64,000 nucleotides of DNA. Source: an uncultured delta proteobacterium (GTDB lineage Bacteria; Myxococcota; Myxococcia; Myxococcales; Myxococcaceae). The notes beneath the pieces were generated by a model. That model saw only the letters and a list, made by a program, of their open reading frames with translations. It was not told the DNA's origin and did not search any database. Shown piece by piece: positions 48,875 through 60,306 of this stretch. The translations under genes and the position numbers were made by a program. The DNA is taken from NCBI GenBank assembly GCA_963771175.1, contig CAVYSY010000030.1:230678-294677 (forward strand), in the 5' to 3' direction. Each line of letters starts with the position of its first letter. Positions within the stretch are counted from its first letter, which is position 1.

Positions 48875-50833
48875 TTATCGCCGGATGCGCCGCCGCGTCA
48901 CGGTGATGTCCACGATGGGGGGGGCGCTGCCCTCCACCTCCACCGCCGAGCCCCTGCGCACCCCGAGCACCAGCCGGCTGCCCTCGGGGCCGCGGATGTG
49001 CTGGACGGCCTCCGCGAAGCCGAGCTCCACCACCGGGCGCCCGTCGATGCGGACGATGCCATCGCCCACGGTGAGCCCCGCCTCGGCCGCGCCTCCTCCC
49101 GGCATGACCTCGCCCAGGATGAGTGCGTCCTCTCGCGGGGCGAGCACCGCCCCGATGCCCACCAGCTCCACCTGCGGCTCCTCGCCCTCCTCCGTCTTCC
49201 GCAGCTCGATGGTCCGCGGAGGCGTGCCTTCGGGACTCACGGTGATGCCCGAGAGGAGGCGGCTGTGGTGCTTGTCGGCGGAGACGAACAGGGACACCTC
49301 GCCCGGCGGCAGCCCCTCGAGCGTGAAGTCGCCTCGTGCGTCCGTGAGGGCGTCGTAGCGCACGGACAGCGGGGCGGAGGTGCCCAGTCCCTCGACGGAG
49401 ATGCGCGCGCGCTCCAGCGGCTTGCCCGAGCCGTCCTCCACCACGCGTCCCGTCATCTTCGCTCCGCGCGAGAGTGAGAAGTCCGCCGTCACCGCTCCGG
49501 AGGCCCCCTCCGTCACCCCCACGTTGGCCTCGGAGGGCGCGTAGCCGTGCGCGGCCGCCTGCACCGCGTAGCTTCCGGGCGGCATTCCGGCCAGCTCGTA
49601 GCGGCCTTGCGCGTCGATGAAGGAGTGCTGCGCGAAGGGCACCTGCTGGATGGGGCCGCGCTTCGTGTGCACGCCCAGGGTGAAGGAGGGCACGGGCTTG
49701 CCCGTGGCCGCGTCGCGCACCGTTCCCGTCAGCCGCGCTCCCTGTGAGAGCTTCAGCACCAGGTCCTTCCGGCCGGAGGCCACGTCCCGGTGCTCGCCGG
49801 GCGCGAGCCCCATCAGCCGGGCCGTGACGTCGTAGGCTCCCGACTCCAGGCCCTCGACGGCGAAGCGCCCCTCCGCATCCGTGACCGTCTCGTAGCCGAG
49901 CGGGTCTCCGTACTGGCGCGGCCAGGCGCTCGCGGCCGTCTCCACGGACACCAGGGCCCCGGGCACGGCGGCTCCACTGTCGTCCACCACGCGTCCCGCC
50001 AGCCCCTGTCCCGTGGCGACCGCGGTGCCCTCGCGCTTCCCCAGCTTCAGCACCAGGCGGCGCGCCAGGGCCACCGGGGGCGTCACCTCGGCCCGGGCCG
50101 AGGCATGGGCTGGATGGCGGGCCTCCACGGTGGCTCCCTCGGGCGCATGGAAGCGGAACTCTCCCCGCGCATCGGACTCGTAGCGGTCCGACGTGGGGAA
50201 GAGCACCGACTCCCCCCCTCGCCCGGTGAGCACGCGCACCTGCGCTCCCGCCACGGGCTGCCCGTCCGGGCCTTCCACCCGGCCCCGCAGCTCCACCTCG
50301 GGCGTCAGGGCGAGCACGATGTCCGAGATGCGTTGCCCGGGCACGGCCGTGATGCGGATGGGACTCTGTCCCCAATCCGGGCCGAAGGGCAGGTAGCCCC
50401 GGGCCGTCACCACCGCGAGCTGCCACGTTCCCGGCGTGTGCGGTACGAAGCGGAACCGGCCGCCAGCCTTGGTGCGCGCGGACACGGCGCCTCCCGACGA
50501 GGCGAAGGTCAGCTCGGCGTCCTCCACGCCCTCTCCCGTGACGGCCGAGATGATGCGGCCCTCGAAGGCGCCCAGCGGCTCGGCCGAGTCCTCGGCGCCC
50601 GTGGCGGGGACGAGGCGCGAGGCCAGGGCGGGAGCGGCATTCGTCGGCTCGCGTCCCGGTGACGGCTCCGTGTCCTTCCGGGCCGGAGCGGTGGGCACCG
50701 GGGCCGCCTTGCCTCCGGCGGCCTGGGCCACCGGTGTCTCCTGCTCCTTCGCGCCACCCCGCAGCACGAGGAGGACGCCGCCCACGAGCACCAGCACGAC
50801 GACGAGCAGCCCGACTGTGCGCTTCCGGTCCAT
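48875..50833 (-). CDS. Membrane-anchored carboxypeptidase-regulatory-like repeat protein with C-terminal PDZ domain
   Basis: N-terminal TM; repeated GRV.D..G..V.GA.V...TDA.GRF...L; GIGAVL...GGAAEAGL..GD.I. Confidence 0.8.
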   Translation of the reverse strand: MDRKRTVGLLVVVLVLVGGVLLVLRGGAKEQETPVAQAAGGKAAPVPTAPARKDTEPSPGREPTNAAPALASRLVPATGAEDSAEPLGAFEGRIISAVTGEGVEDAELTFASSGGAVSARTKAGGRFRFVPHTPGTWQLAVVTARGYLPFGPDWGQSPIRITAVPGQRISDIVLALTPEVELRGRVEGPDGQPVAGAQVRVLTGRGGESVLFPTSDRYESDARGEFRFHAPEGATVEARHPAHASARAEVTPPVALARRLVLKLGKREGTAVATGQGLAGRVVDDSGAAVPGALVSVETAASAWPRQYGDPLGYETVTDAEGRFAVEGLESGAYDVTARLMGLAPGEHRDVASGRKDLVLKLSQGARLTGTVRDAATGKPVPSFTLGVHTKRGPIQQVPFAQHSFIDAQGRYELAGMPPGSYAVQAAAHGYAPSEANVGVTEGASGAVTADFSLSRGAKMTGRVVEDGSGKPLERARISVEGLGTSAPLSVRYDALTDARGDFTLEGLPPGEVSLFVSADKHHSRLLSGITVSPEGTPPRTIELRKTEEGEEPQVELVGIGAVLAPREDALILGEVMPGGGAAEAGLTVGDGIVRIDGRPVVELGFAEAVQHIRGPEGSRLVLGVRRGSAVEVEGSAPPIVDITVTRRRIRR

Positions 50834-50975
50834 GGCGAGGGAGGGTAGCGCAACTGGAAGGCCCGTTACCTCGCACCCAGAGCGGACGTGCTCACGGCCG
50901 TACGGATGCCCACGGAGCGCGAGGTCGTGAACGCGGAAGCGGACAGGCCCGTTTCGGGGGGCTATCTTGAAGGTC

Positions 50976-53900
50976 ATGTCGAAGGCACGACCGGAAAAGT
51001 CGGATTCCACCTCGGGCAAGTGGCTGCGGCGCTGGCTCACCCGACCCCGACTCCTCGAGCTCGCGGGGGCCTGGGTCTACGACAAGGGACAGCGGATGGT
51101 GGCCAAGGGGCGCGTGCTCTCCTGGGTGGCGGCGCCCGAGGTCGTGCGCGGGAGAGGTCGTCGGCCGCAACCGCGTCCACCTGCCGGTGGCGTTGTCCGC
51201 GGACGCGGAGGGCCTGCTGGGGGAGTGCCAGTGCCCCCGCTTCCGCCAGTCCAACATCTGCGAGCACGTGGTGGCGCTCGGGCTGGCCATGCTCGCGGCC
51301 ACCTCCCCCGAGGAGGGACCGCCGCCGCCGCCCGCTTCCGAGGTGTCGCCGCCCACTCCCGAGGCGGCGCGGGCCTGGATGGAGGCGAACCAGGTCACCC
51401 ACCTGCGCCACACCCCCCTCGCGGAGCTGGAGCCGCTGCTTCCCCACGGCTTCGGGGTGATGCAGCGGCTCTACCTGCTGGATGGGTACCCCATCTCGGC
51501 GGTCCTGGAGGGGTCCCTGGAGCTGCCCGCCCACTGGTCCGAGAAGGCCCGGGACACGTTCCGGCGGGCGGCGTGGAGCCGTGCCCGCTCCGAGGCCGAG
51601 CGCGTCCGTCTGGGGCTGGAGCACGAGCGCGCCAATCCCGTGCCGCCTCCGCCCACGGACGCACGTCTCCAGCCCCTCGTGCAGCAGCTCCAGCGGGTCC
51701 GGGCCCGGGTTCGCGAGCACGCCGTGCCGCGCCTCCTCCCCAAGGACGAGCGGCTCCTCTGCTTCCCGGAGAAGCGCCCGGTCGCGCACGTCCACGAGGC
51801 CCTCGACGGGCTTGTCCGGACGCACGTGCTCGCGGAGCACGTCCACACCCGGTGCGTGCGGATGGACCTGCTCCAGCTCCTCGAAGGGGACGAGGGCCTC
51901 GCCATCACCTGCACGTCGTGCAACCCGAGGGGGCCGGCCCTCTGCCTCCACGTCCTCACCGCGCTCGACCTGCTGCTGGCCGCGCTCGGGGACTCGCAGC
52001 GGGCGCAGGAGAACGCCCTGCTCGCCGAACGGCTCTTCGTGGCGCCTGCCCGACAGTTCCTCGCGGCCATGGACAAGGCGGGCCTGCTGGCCCGGACCCG
52101 GTGGGAGTCCAGGCCCGGCGGTCAGATCACCTTCCGACTGGAGGGCCTCCACGAGGGAGAGCCATGCCTGCGGCCCTACCTTCACCGGCCGTTGAAGCGG
52201 GGCGGGCTCTCCAAGGGGACGCAGGTGGCCCTGCGAGAAGAGAACGAAGCCCGGGCCCTGCTGGGCTCGCCCGAGGAGTTGGAGGCCTTCGAGCTGTGCC
52301 GGCTCATCCCCCGCCTGCCGCATGACCTCGTCGAGCGACACCGGCTGCTCGTCCAGGCGCTGAAGCTGCTCGCGCATCATCCCCGACTGTTCCTCGCGTC
52401 GAGGCAGGAGGTGCCACTGCGGGTGCGCTCCGTGCCGCTCGGCTTCGCCATCGAGGAGGGGGAGGGGGGCCTGCGCGTCCGCCCCATGCTCGGCGGGGAG
52501 CCGGCGGCGGCGGCGGTGGTAAGCGGGCTGGGGCGGGGGATGCACATGCCGCAACCATGGCTCCACGTCGAGGAAGACATCCCCCGGGTGACGCTGGTGT
52601 CCGCCTCGGCCGAGGCGCTCGCGGTGCTGGAGGCCGTGGGGGAGTACGGAGGGCGGCTGCCCGCGTCGTCCCGCGCGGAGCTGCTGCACCGGCTCGGCGG
52701 AGTGGAGGCGGCCTTCCCCGTGTCCCTGCCGCCCTCGCTGGAGGCGCGCGAGGTGCCGCCCGCGCCCGGGCTGCTGGTGCGCCTGCGTCCCACGGGAGGG
52801 GAGGCCCTGGAGGGCGTGCTGCTCGTGCGGCCGCTGCCCGAGGCTCCGCCGCTCGTCACCGGGGGAGGGGGCCGACGTCAGTCCGGGGCCTGCGCGGGGG
52901 CGAGCGGGTGCGGACGCGGCGCGACCTGGAGGCCGAGCGCGTCGAGGCGACCACTCTGTGCGAGCGGCTGGGGCTGCCCATGGAGGAGCATGGCCGCTTC
53001 ACCCTGGAGGGGGCGGAGGAGGCGCTCGACTTCCTCGAGCGGCTGGAGCCCCTGACGGGCCCGTCCCTGCGCGTGGAGTGGGAGGAGCGCCCGTGGAGCG
53101 TGCTGCGCCTGCTGGACGCGCGGGGCCTGAAGGTGGAGGTGCACCGGGAGCGGGACTGGTTCGGCGTGCGGGGGGGCGTGGAGCTGGAAGGGGAGCGGGT
53201 GGAGCTGGCCGTGCTGCTGGACGCGCTGCGGCGGGGGCACCGCTACGTGCCGCTGGCGCCGGGGCGCTGGGCGAAGCTCACCGAGACGTTGCGCGAGCAG
53301 CTCGCGCCCCTGGCGGACCTGGCGCACCCCTCGCGGGGCAGGTGGGAGGTGAGCGCGGCGGCGGTGCCCGCTGCTGGACGGGCTGGCCAAGGTGGGCGCG
53401 GAGGTGGTGGCCCCGCCGGACTGGCGGCAGCTCGCCAGCCGCATCCGCGAGGCCCAGGCGCTGAAGGTGCCGGTGCCCCGGGGGCTGAAGGCCGAGCTGC
53501 GCGACTACCAGCGCGAGGGCTTCGTCTGGATGGCGCGGCTGGCGGCGTGGGGCGGGGGCGGGTGCCTGGCGGACGACATGGGCCTGGGCAAGACGCTGCA
53601 GGCGCTCGCGCTGCTGCTGCACCGGGCGGAGGCGGGCCCGGCGCTGGTGGTGGCGCCCACCTCGGTGTGCTTCAACTGGAGAGCGCGAGGCGGCGCGCTT
53701 CGCCCCCTCGCTGAAGGTGCACGCCTACGGCGAGGCGGACGCGCGAGGCGCTGCTCTCGGGGCTGGGCGCCGGGGACGTGGTGGTGGTCAGCTACGGGCT
53801 GCTGGCGCGCGACGCCGAGCGCTTCAGCGAGGTGTCCTTCGCCACGCTGGTGGTGGACGAGGCGCAGGCGGTGAAGAACCCGGACACGGCGCGGGCGCAG

Positions 53901-54915
53901 GCGGTGCGGGCGCTGAAGGCGCGAGGCGCGCATGGCGCTCACGGGCACGCCGGTGGAGAACCGGCTCGTCGGAGCTGTGGAGCCTCTACCGGCTCGTCTT
54001 CCCGGGGCTGCTGGGCAGCCGCGAGGCCTTCCGCGAGCGCTTCGCCGGGCCCATCGAGCGCGACGAAGGACCCCGGCGCGCCGCGCGGCGCTGGCGCGGG
54101 TGGTGCGGCCCTTCCTGCTGCGGCGCACCAAGGCGGAGGTGGCGCGCGAGCTGCCGCCGCGCATCGAGACGGTGGTGCCGGTCGCGCTCTCGGCGGGCGA
54201 GCGCCGGCTGTACGAGGACGCGCGGCTGGCGGCGCTGGCGCGGCTGCGGGGACGCGCGCGGGCGCCGGCGAAGGCGCTTCGAGGTGCTGGCGGCGCTCAC
54301 CCGGCTGCGGCTGCTGGCCTGCCACCCGCGGCTGGTGGACGCGGAGTCGCCGCTGCCCAGTCCTCCAAGCTGGAGCCGCTTCCTGGAGCTGGTGCAGGCA
54401 CGCTGCGCGCCGAGGGGCAGCCGGGCGCTCGTCTTCAGCCAGTTCGTCACGCCACCTGGCGCTGGTGCGCGAGGCGCTGGAGGAGCGGGGCGTGGCGCTA
54501 CCTGTACCTGGACGGGCAGACGCCCGCGGCCGAGCGCGAGGCGCGGGTGGACGCCTTCCAGCGGGGCGAGGGCGGAGGTCTTCCTCATCTCGTCTGAAGG
54601 CGGGCGGCACGGGCCTCAACCTCACCGCGGCCGACCACGTCCTCCACCTGGACCCGTGGTGGAACCCGGCGGTCGAGGACCAGGCCACGGACCGGGCGCA
54701 CCGCATCGGCCAGACGAAGCCGGTGACGGTGATGCCGGCTCGTCTCCGAGGGCACCATCGAGGAGGCCATCCTCGCGCTGCACGAGGAGAAGCGGGACCT
54801 GGCCAACAGCCTGCTGTCCGAGGCGGACGGGGCGGCGGCGCTCTCCACCGAGCAGCTGCTCGCGCTGCTGCGCTACGGGCCCGAGGCGGAGGCCATGCCT
54901 ACCGGGCCTGGGTGA
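50976..54915 (+). CDS. SWIM zinc finger / SNF2-family helicase (frameshifted)
   Basis: CQC...[61 protein letters not shown]. Confidence 0.9.
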
Positions 54916-55645
54916 GGACGCGGAAGTCAGTGGGCTTCACCCCCAGGCGCGAGAGCGCCATGCGGGCCCGGGGGTGGAGGAAGGTGGCCAGCTCCACCTC
55001 CCGCTGCTGGGCGTAGCCGCTCTTCACCGCCTCGGGGGTGTAGCCCGGGTGGCACATCAGCTCGGTGACGCCCTCCTCGGGCAGCCTGGCGAGCTGCTCC
55101 TCCAGGCGCTCCACCGTCCAGTACGCCTCCGAGCCCGCGTCCCCGATGAAATGGTCGTTGGTGAGCACTCCGTGCGTGCGCAGCGTGCGACGCATGTCCT
55201 CGTCGATGGAGCGCACGGGCACCTGGGCGGCGCGAGCGGCACGCGCCAGGCCCTCGAGGACGCCGGGGTGGCGGTGCAGGTGCTTGTGGACGTCCACGTG
55301 CGTGGCGGGCCGGCCGAGCAGCAGGTCCAACCGCTCCAACTGGGCGAGCGTCTCCGCCTCCACCACGTCCGGCGTCAGGCGCGCGGCGAGCGGCTCCGAG
55401 AAGGTCCCGCCCGAGAGTGCGTCGCTGGGGAAGGCGGCCCACACGGGCAGGCCCCGGGCGAGGTTGAGGTGCAGGCCGAGGGCCAGTCCCCGGGCCTCAT
55501 GGGCCGCCACCTCGGAGTAGGGCGTGTTCACCATGAAGGTGGCCGAGGAGACGACGCCCTCCTGCATGGCGCGGAGGATGCCGCGGGTGACGGCCGGGTC
55601 GTAGCCCAGGTCGTCGGCGTTGATGATGAGGGCACTCGCGGGCAC
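54899..55645 (-). CDS. ChbG/HpnK (YdjC) carbohydrate deacetylase
   Basis: [31 protein letters not shown]. Confidence 0.9.
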   Translation of the reverse strand: MPASALIINADDLGYDPAVTRGILRAMQEGVVSSATFMVNTPYSEVAAHEARGLALGLHLNLARGLPVWAAFPSDALSGGTFSEPLAARLTPDVVEAETLAQLERLDLLLGRPATHVDVHKHLHRHPGVLEGLARAARAAQVPVRSIDEDMRRTLRTHGVLTNDHFIGDAGSEAYWTVERLEEQLARLPEEGVTELMCHPGYTPEAVKSGYAQQREVELATFLHPRARMALSRLGVKPTDFRVLTQAR

Positions 55646-55770
55646 GGCGGGGCTCCTTGTTCAGGGACGCGGAGTCATCCGTACCCCATTCCACCCGGTG
55701 GGAGTAGCGCGAGGCGTGTCCTCCCCCGGTCCGGAGCGACGAGCGCCCGACACTGTGCGCACCGGAATGC

Positions 55771-56940
55771 TCACACGAGGGCCTCGGCGGGCCTTCGGCC
55801 CTTCACCGCGGTGAGGAGGAGCGCCCCCAATCCGAAGAGGATGGTGGCCATGACGACGAGTGCGCCGAGGATGGGCACCCGTCCCACCACGGTCAGCAGC
55901 ACCAGGCCGACCAGCAGGGCCACCACGAGGTGGGCCCCTGTCTTGTGGAAGCGGTCCAACAGCCACCGGCCGATGAGCATGCCCACCACGGGGAAGCACA
56001 GGGCGATGGCGATGCCGTAAAGGGCGAGGATGAAGAGGCCGAGCCACCAGCCACCGAGCAGCAGGCCCACGAGGAAGACGAGGCCGGCGACGAGGGGAAG
56101 GCCCACGAAGAGCGCGGCGCCCCATCCCAGGCTCAACCAGGGTTGCTGGCGCAGCATCGCGGGTGCTCGGCGCGCGAAGTTGGGCGAGAGGAGCACGAGC
56201 AGCAGCCCCAGCGCGAACAGTCCGATGAGCGAGCGCAGCCAGAAGAAGACACCCAGGAAGGGGCCTCGGCCGTGGGCGCGCTGCTGGGCGGGGAGTTGCT
56301 CCACCGAGCCTGTCACCACGGCACCCTGGGCCCTCTGTACGGCCTGGTCGCTGCGATAGCTCAGGTCCCCGCCGATGCGCGCTCCGTCATCGAGCCGCAG
56401 CGTGCCCACCTCGGCCCTCACGTCCCCGGCCACCGGAGCCGCCAGCGCGAGCGTCCCCGCGGCGGCTCGCACTTCGCCCTGCACCGGCGCCTGGACGAGG
56501 GCCTCGCCGGAGGCCAGATAGAGATCCTTCCCCACCTGGGCGCCAGGCGTGAGCTCCAGCTTGCCGGAGGTGAGCAGGGCGTCCTGGCTCACGGGGCCGC
56601 TCACGGTGAGCTCGCCGCTCGCGGCCCGGAGGCTGCCGCGCACCTGGCCGGGAATCCGCGTCCTCGAGGCAGCGGACATCACGTCGCCCTCGACGGTGCC
56701 GGAGATGTCCACCGTCTGCCCGAAGGCGATCAGATCGCCCCGGACGGTGCCCTGGATGTTGATGGTCTTGCCGAAGGCATAGAGGTCCTCGTCGATGACC
56801 TCCTCGGGGCCCACCTGCACCACGTCGCCGTTGCGGAACACCGCGGCGGAGACCAGGCCGGGCAGCAGGGCCCCGAGCACCAGCACGATGGGAAGCCAGG
56901 AGACCCGAGGCCTCCGAGGCAGCTCGCTCTTCGTGGACAT
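55771..56940 (-). CDS. Beta-helix (bactofilin-like) repeat membrane protein
   Basis: Signal peptide; repeats G.V.GD....G..V.I; C-terminal multi-TM. Confidence 0.7.
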   Translation of the reverse strand: MSTKSELPRRPRVSWLPIVLVLGALLPGLVSAAVFRNGDVVQVGPEEVIDEDLYAFGKTINIQGTVRGDLIAFGQTVDISGTVEGDVMSAASRTRIPGQVRGSLRAASGELTVSGPVSQDALLTSGKLELTPGAQVGKDLYLASGEALVQAPVQGEVRAAAGTLALAAPVAGDVRAEVGTLRLDDGARIGGDLSYRSDQAVQRAQGAVVTGSVEQLPAQQRAHGRGPFLGVFFWLRSLIGLFALGLLLVLLSPNFARRAPAMLRQQPWLSLGWGAALFVGLPLVAGLVFLVGLLLGGWWLGLFILALYGIAIALCFPVVGMLIGRWLLDRFHKTGAHLVVALLVGLVLLTVVGRVPILGALVVMATILFGLGALLLTAVKGRRPAEALV

Positions 56941-57066
56941 GAGGCGTCCCTCCCGCGTGTGACCGCCAACATCCAACGCTGGAGATGCCTCCTCCCGCTG
57001 GCAAGGTGCTCCGGGCGGACGCTCACTCGCCTGGGAGGCGCTCCGTGCGTCCGGGGCGCCTCGTGC

Positions 57067-58114
57067 TCAGGGACGCGGGTGTGCGGAGAAGAAGAGCCAC
57101 ATCTGCCGCGTCGCGTCGAGGTCCTGCGTGGTGTAGCCGCGATCCGCTGGGACGAGCCCCCCGGGCCAGGTGTGGCCGCCGCCCTGCACGGTGCAGAGGG
57201 TGACGTCGGCGTTCTGGCGCGCACCCGGTGTTCGCGAGACAGGTGCTGTCGCCTACGTCGTACGTCGTCTGGGTGGGGCCCGTGCAGACGTTGCGAGTCG
57301 CCCAGGCCGAGACCGACTGTTCCGAGGAAGGGTAGGGGCCGCCGAAGGGGATGTTGCTGCCGCCCGCATAGAGGATGGTCTGGTCGTCCGTGCCGTGGAA
57401 GTGGATGACGGCCACCGGGCGCTCGGGCGAGCAGGGGCCGAAGCCCTCCATGCCGGCCACGGGCGCGATGGCCGCGAACTGCCCCGAGCGCTCGCAGGCG
57501 AGCCGGTAGGAGAAGAAGCCTCCAGTGGACAGGCCGGTGGCGTAGATGCGCTTCGTGTCCAGGCACACGCGCGTGTCCAGGTCCGCGAGCAGCGCGTCCA
57601 CGAAGCCCACGTCGTCCACGCGGGAGATCTGCGAGAGGCCACAGCACACGCCCGCGTTCCAGCTCCGCGTGTCCTCGGTGCGAGGGTCCGGGGTGCCGGT
57701 GACTTCCGGCTGGTTCAACCCGCGGGGATACACGGCGACGAAGCCCGCCGAGTCGGCCTGCTGGGACATCCGGCTCAGGCCCTCCTGCTCCAGCTCGTTG
57801 GAGCCGTAGCCGTGGAAGGAGAGCACGGCGGGAGTGGGCCTCGTCGGGTCGTAGCCCGTGGGCACATGGACGCGGTAGGCCCGGTCGCGCCCCGCGTGCG
57901 TGACGTTCAAGTCATAGGTGCCAGGGCCCACGGTGAGGCCGCTGCAGGAGGTGCGCTCCGGCAGGGGCGCCGGCGCGGGCGGGGACGCGGGACCCCAGCC
58001 CGGGTTCTGGGGTTGCGGCTCGGGCTGTGGCTCGGTGGTGCGGTCGGAGCAGGCCGGCGCGAGCAGCAGCGCGGCCGTGCCGAGGACGTTCATCAGGAAA
58101 TGGCGGGTGCTCAT
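57067..58114 (-). CDS. LpqC/PHB-depolymerase-like esterase lipoprotein (frameshift near 57215)
   Basis: Lipobox APAC, FHGYG, WNAGVCC, VDDVGF, GLSTGG, FHGTDD, GGGHTWPG. Confidence 0.85.
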
Positions 58115-58127
58115 GGGGTCAGCAGCA

Positions 58128-60179
58128 CTATCGATTCGGCGAGCACTCGGCAGCAAGCGAAGCGGCCTTGTCCGGGAATCGCGCCGCCAGTGAACGCTTC
58201 ACTTCGTCCACCTCGTTTACCCGGCCGGCATGGGCGAGCACCTGACAGAGCGCGGTGAGGGCGCGCGGGTCCTTCGGCTCGAGTCGATCCGCCTCGCGGT
58301 AGGCGCGCTCGGCGCCGGGGATGTCGTCCTGCCGGAAGAGGATTGCCCCCAGGTAGTAGTGGGCGAGCGCGAGCCCGGGCTCCTTGCGCAGCGCGCGGCG
58401 CAGCAGGGCCGCGGCCTCGTCCAGCTTCTCCTGGCGATAGCTCACGAAGGCCAGCTCCGCGAGCGCCCGCGCATCCTCGTTGCGGCGCGTCCAGGTCCCG
58501 AGCACCTCCGCGGCCTCGTCGAGCCTCCCGTGTTGCGACAGCAGCAGGCCGTAGCGCGGTGCCACCTCGGCGTCGCGCGGGTGCTTCGCGTACACCTGGG
58601 AGAGGGCCGCGATGGCTCCGGACAGGTCGCCCTGGCGCTCGCGCAGCTCGGCGAGGGCCAGTGACGGGCGGAGATCCTCGGGGGCGAGCGCGGTGGCCTG
58701 CTCGATGGCGCGCTCGGCGCGGCGGCCCATGCGCAGCTCGGTGCCGACGCGCGCGGCGAGCAGGTGGGCCTCCACGTCCTTGGGGAAACGTTCGACGAAG
58801 GCCTCGGCCACGTCCAGGGCTTGCTGGGGTGCACCCGCCGCGAGCAGCAGCGCGCCGGCCCGGGCGAGCTGGGCCGCGGTGGCGCGCTCGTCCTTCCCCA
58901 GTCCTTCGAGGGCGGAGACGCGGGCGTTGGGGTCCGTGGTGGCCTCGGCGGCGGCGAGCCTCTCCGTGGGCGGAGGACCCTGGCGCAGGACCAGGGCGGC
59001 TCCACCGGCGAGGAGCAGTCCTCCGAGCACGAGCACGGTGGGGAGGAGTCTTCGCTTCCTCTCGGGCGGAGACCCGGTGTCGCTGTCTCCTCGCGAGGCG
59101 GTCGGGGCGGGCGTGGGGGCGCGCTCGGCGTCTTCGGGCACCGGTCTCGTGGGGACGCTCGCCGAGGGACGCACGGGCGCCGAGGAAAGCAGGGAGGGGT
59201 CGGCGAGCCGGGCGCCACGGAGGGCCTGGCGCTTCGGGTCCCTGTCGAGCGGGAAGAGCGTCTCCACGTAGGCGGCCACCTGCTCGGGGGTGGCCACCTC
59301 GGCGGCGCCGCCCACGTGCTCGATGGCTTCGGTGAAGAGCTGGAGGCTCTCGATGCGCTCGTTCGGGTCGCGCGCGAGCGCCAGGAGGCAGATGCGCTCC
59401 AGCTCCGGGGGCACGGACGGGTCGAACTCGGTGGGGGGGCGCGGGCGGCCCTCGGCGATGCGGTGGAGGACGGCGTCCGTGCTGGAGCCGGTGAAGGGGC
59501 GCCGGCCGCAGAGCTGCTCGTAGAGCATCACCCCGGCGGCGAAGATGTCGGCGCGGTGGTCCACGGCGTCGCCGACGATCATCTCCGGGGACATGTAGAA
59601 GAACTTGCCCTTGAGGGTGCCGGGCTCGGTGCCGGAGCCGATGGACTCGGCGCGGGCGATGCCGAAGTCGATGACCTTCACCGAGCCGTTGACGCCGACG
59701 TGGATGTTGTCGGGGGTGAAGTCGCGGTGGACGATGTGCAGGGGCCGACCCTCCTCGTCCACGGCGCGGTGGGCGGCGTCCAGTCCCCGGCAGGCGTCCG
59801 CGAGGATGCGCAGGGTGATGCCCAGGGGCACGTGCTGGCCGCGCTCGGCGGCCCCCTGGCGCAGCTCGGCGAAGGAGCGGCCCTCGAGCAGCTCCATGAC
59901 GATGAAGGGCTCCTGGCCCTCGACGCCGAGCTCATGGATGGAGATGACGTTGGGGTGGTGGATCTGGGCGGTGATGCGTGCCTCGTTGAGGAACATCTGC
60001 ACGATGCGCCGATCCGAGAGCATGTGGGGCTGGAGCCGCTTCACCGCCACCGCCGGACCGCGCGAACCGTCCTCGTCGATGCGCCGCCCGAGGTACACCT
60101 CGGCCATGCCGCCTGTCGCGATGCGCGCGCTCAGGCGGTAACGGCCGAACCATGACGAATCACTGCTGTCGGGAGTCAC
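58128..60179 (-). CDS. Ser/Thr protein kinase, TM, extracellular TPR domain
   Basis: [38 protein letters not shown] helices. Confidence 0.92.
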   Translation of the reverse strand: MTPDSSDSSWFGRYRLSARIATGGMAEVYLGRRIDEDGSRGPAVAVKRLQPHMLSDRRIVQMFLNEARITAQIHHPNVISIHELGVEGQEPFIVMELLEGRSFAELRQGAAERGQHVPLGITLRILADACRGLDAAHRAVDEEGRPLHIVHRDFTPDNIHVGVNGSVKVIDFGIARAESIGSGTEPGTLKGKFFYMSPEMIVGDAVDHRADIFAAGVMLYEQLCGRRPFTGSSTDAVLHRIAEGRPRPPTEFDPSVPPELERICLLALARDPNERIESLQLFTEAIEHVGGAAEVATPEQVAAYVETLFPLDRDPKRQALRGARLADPSLLSSAPVRPSASVPTRPVPEDAERAPTPAPTASRGDSDTGSPPERKRRLLPTVLVLGGLLLAGGAALVLRQGPPPTERLAAAEATTDPNARVSALEGLGKDERATAAQLARAGALLLAAGAPQQALDVAEAFVERFPKDVEAHLLAARVGTELRMGRRAERAIEQATALAPEDLRPSLALAELRERQGDLSGAIAALSQVYAKHPRDAEVAPRYGLLLSQHGRLDEAAEVLGTWTRRNEDARALAELAFVSYRQEKLDEAAALLRRALRKEPGLALAHYYLGAILFRQDDIPGAERAYREADRLEPKDPRALTALCQVLAHAGRVNEVDEVKRSLAARFPDKAASLAAECSPNR

Positions 60180-60306
60180 GATTCCCCCAGTCTACGAGGC
60201 GCGGCGCCCGGCGCCACCCCCCCCTGTTACCAGGAGGCGCTGGATGTGGCTGACGAGAACAGTCCGAGGGTGTGACGCTCCTCGTACAGCCCGTGCTTGC
60301 CGGGGG

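Noticed and set aside
60227..60306. Short peptide-like tail after the immunity gene (GKHGLYEERHTLGLF) as a gene remnant
   Set aside because: Too short and not recognisable; cannot be supported without a database search.
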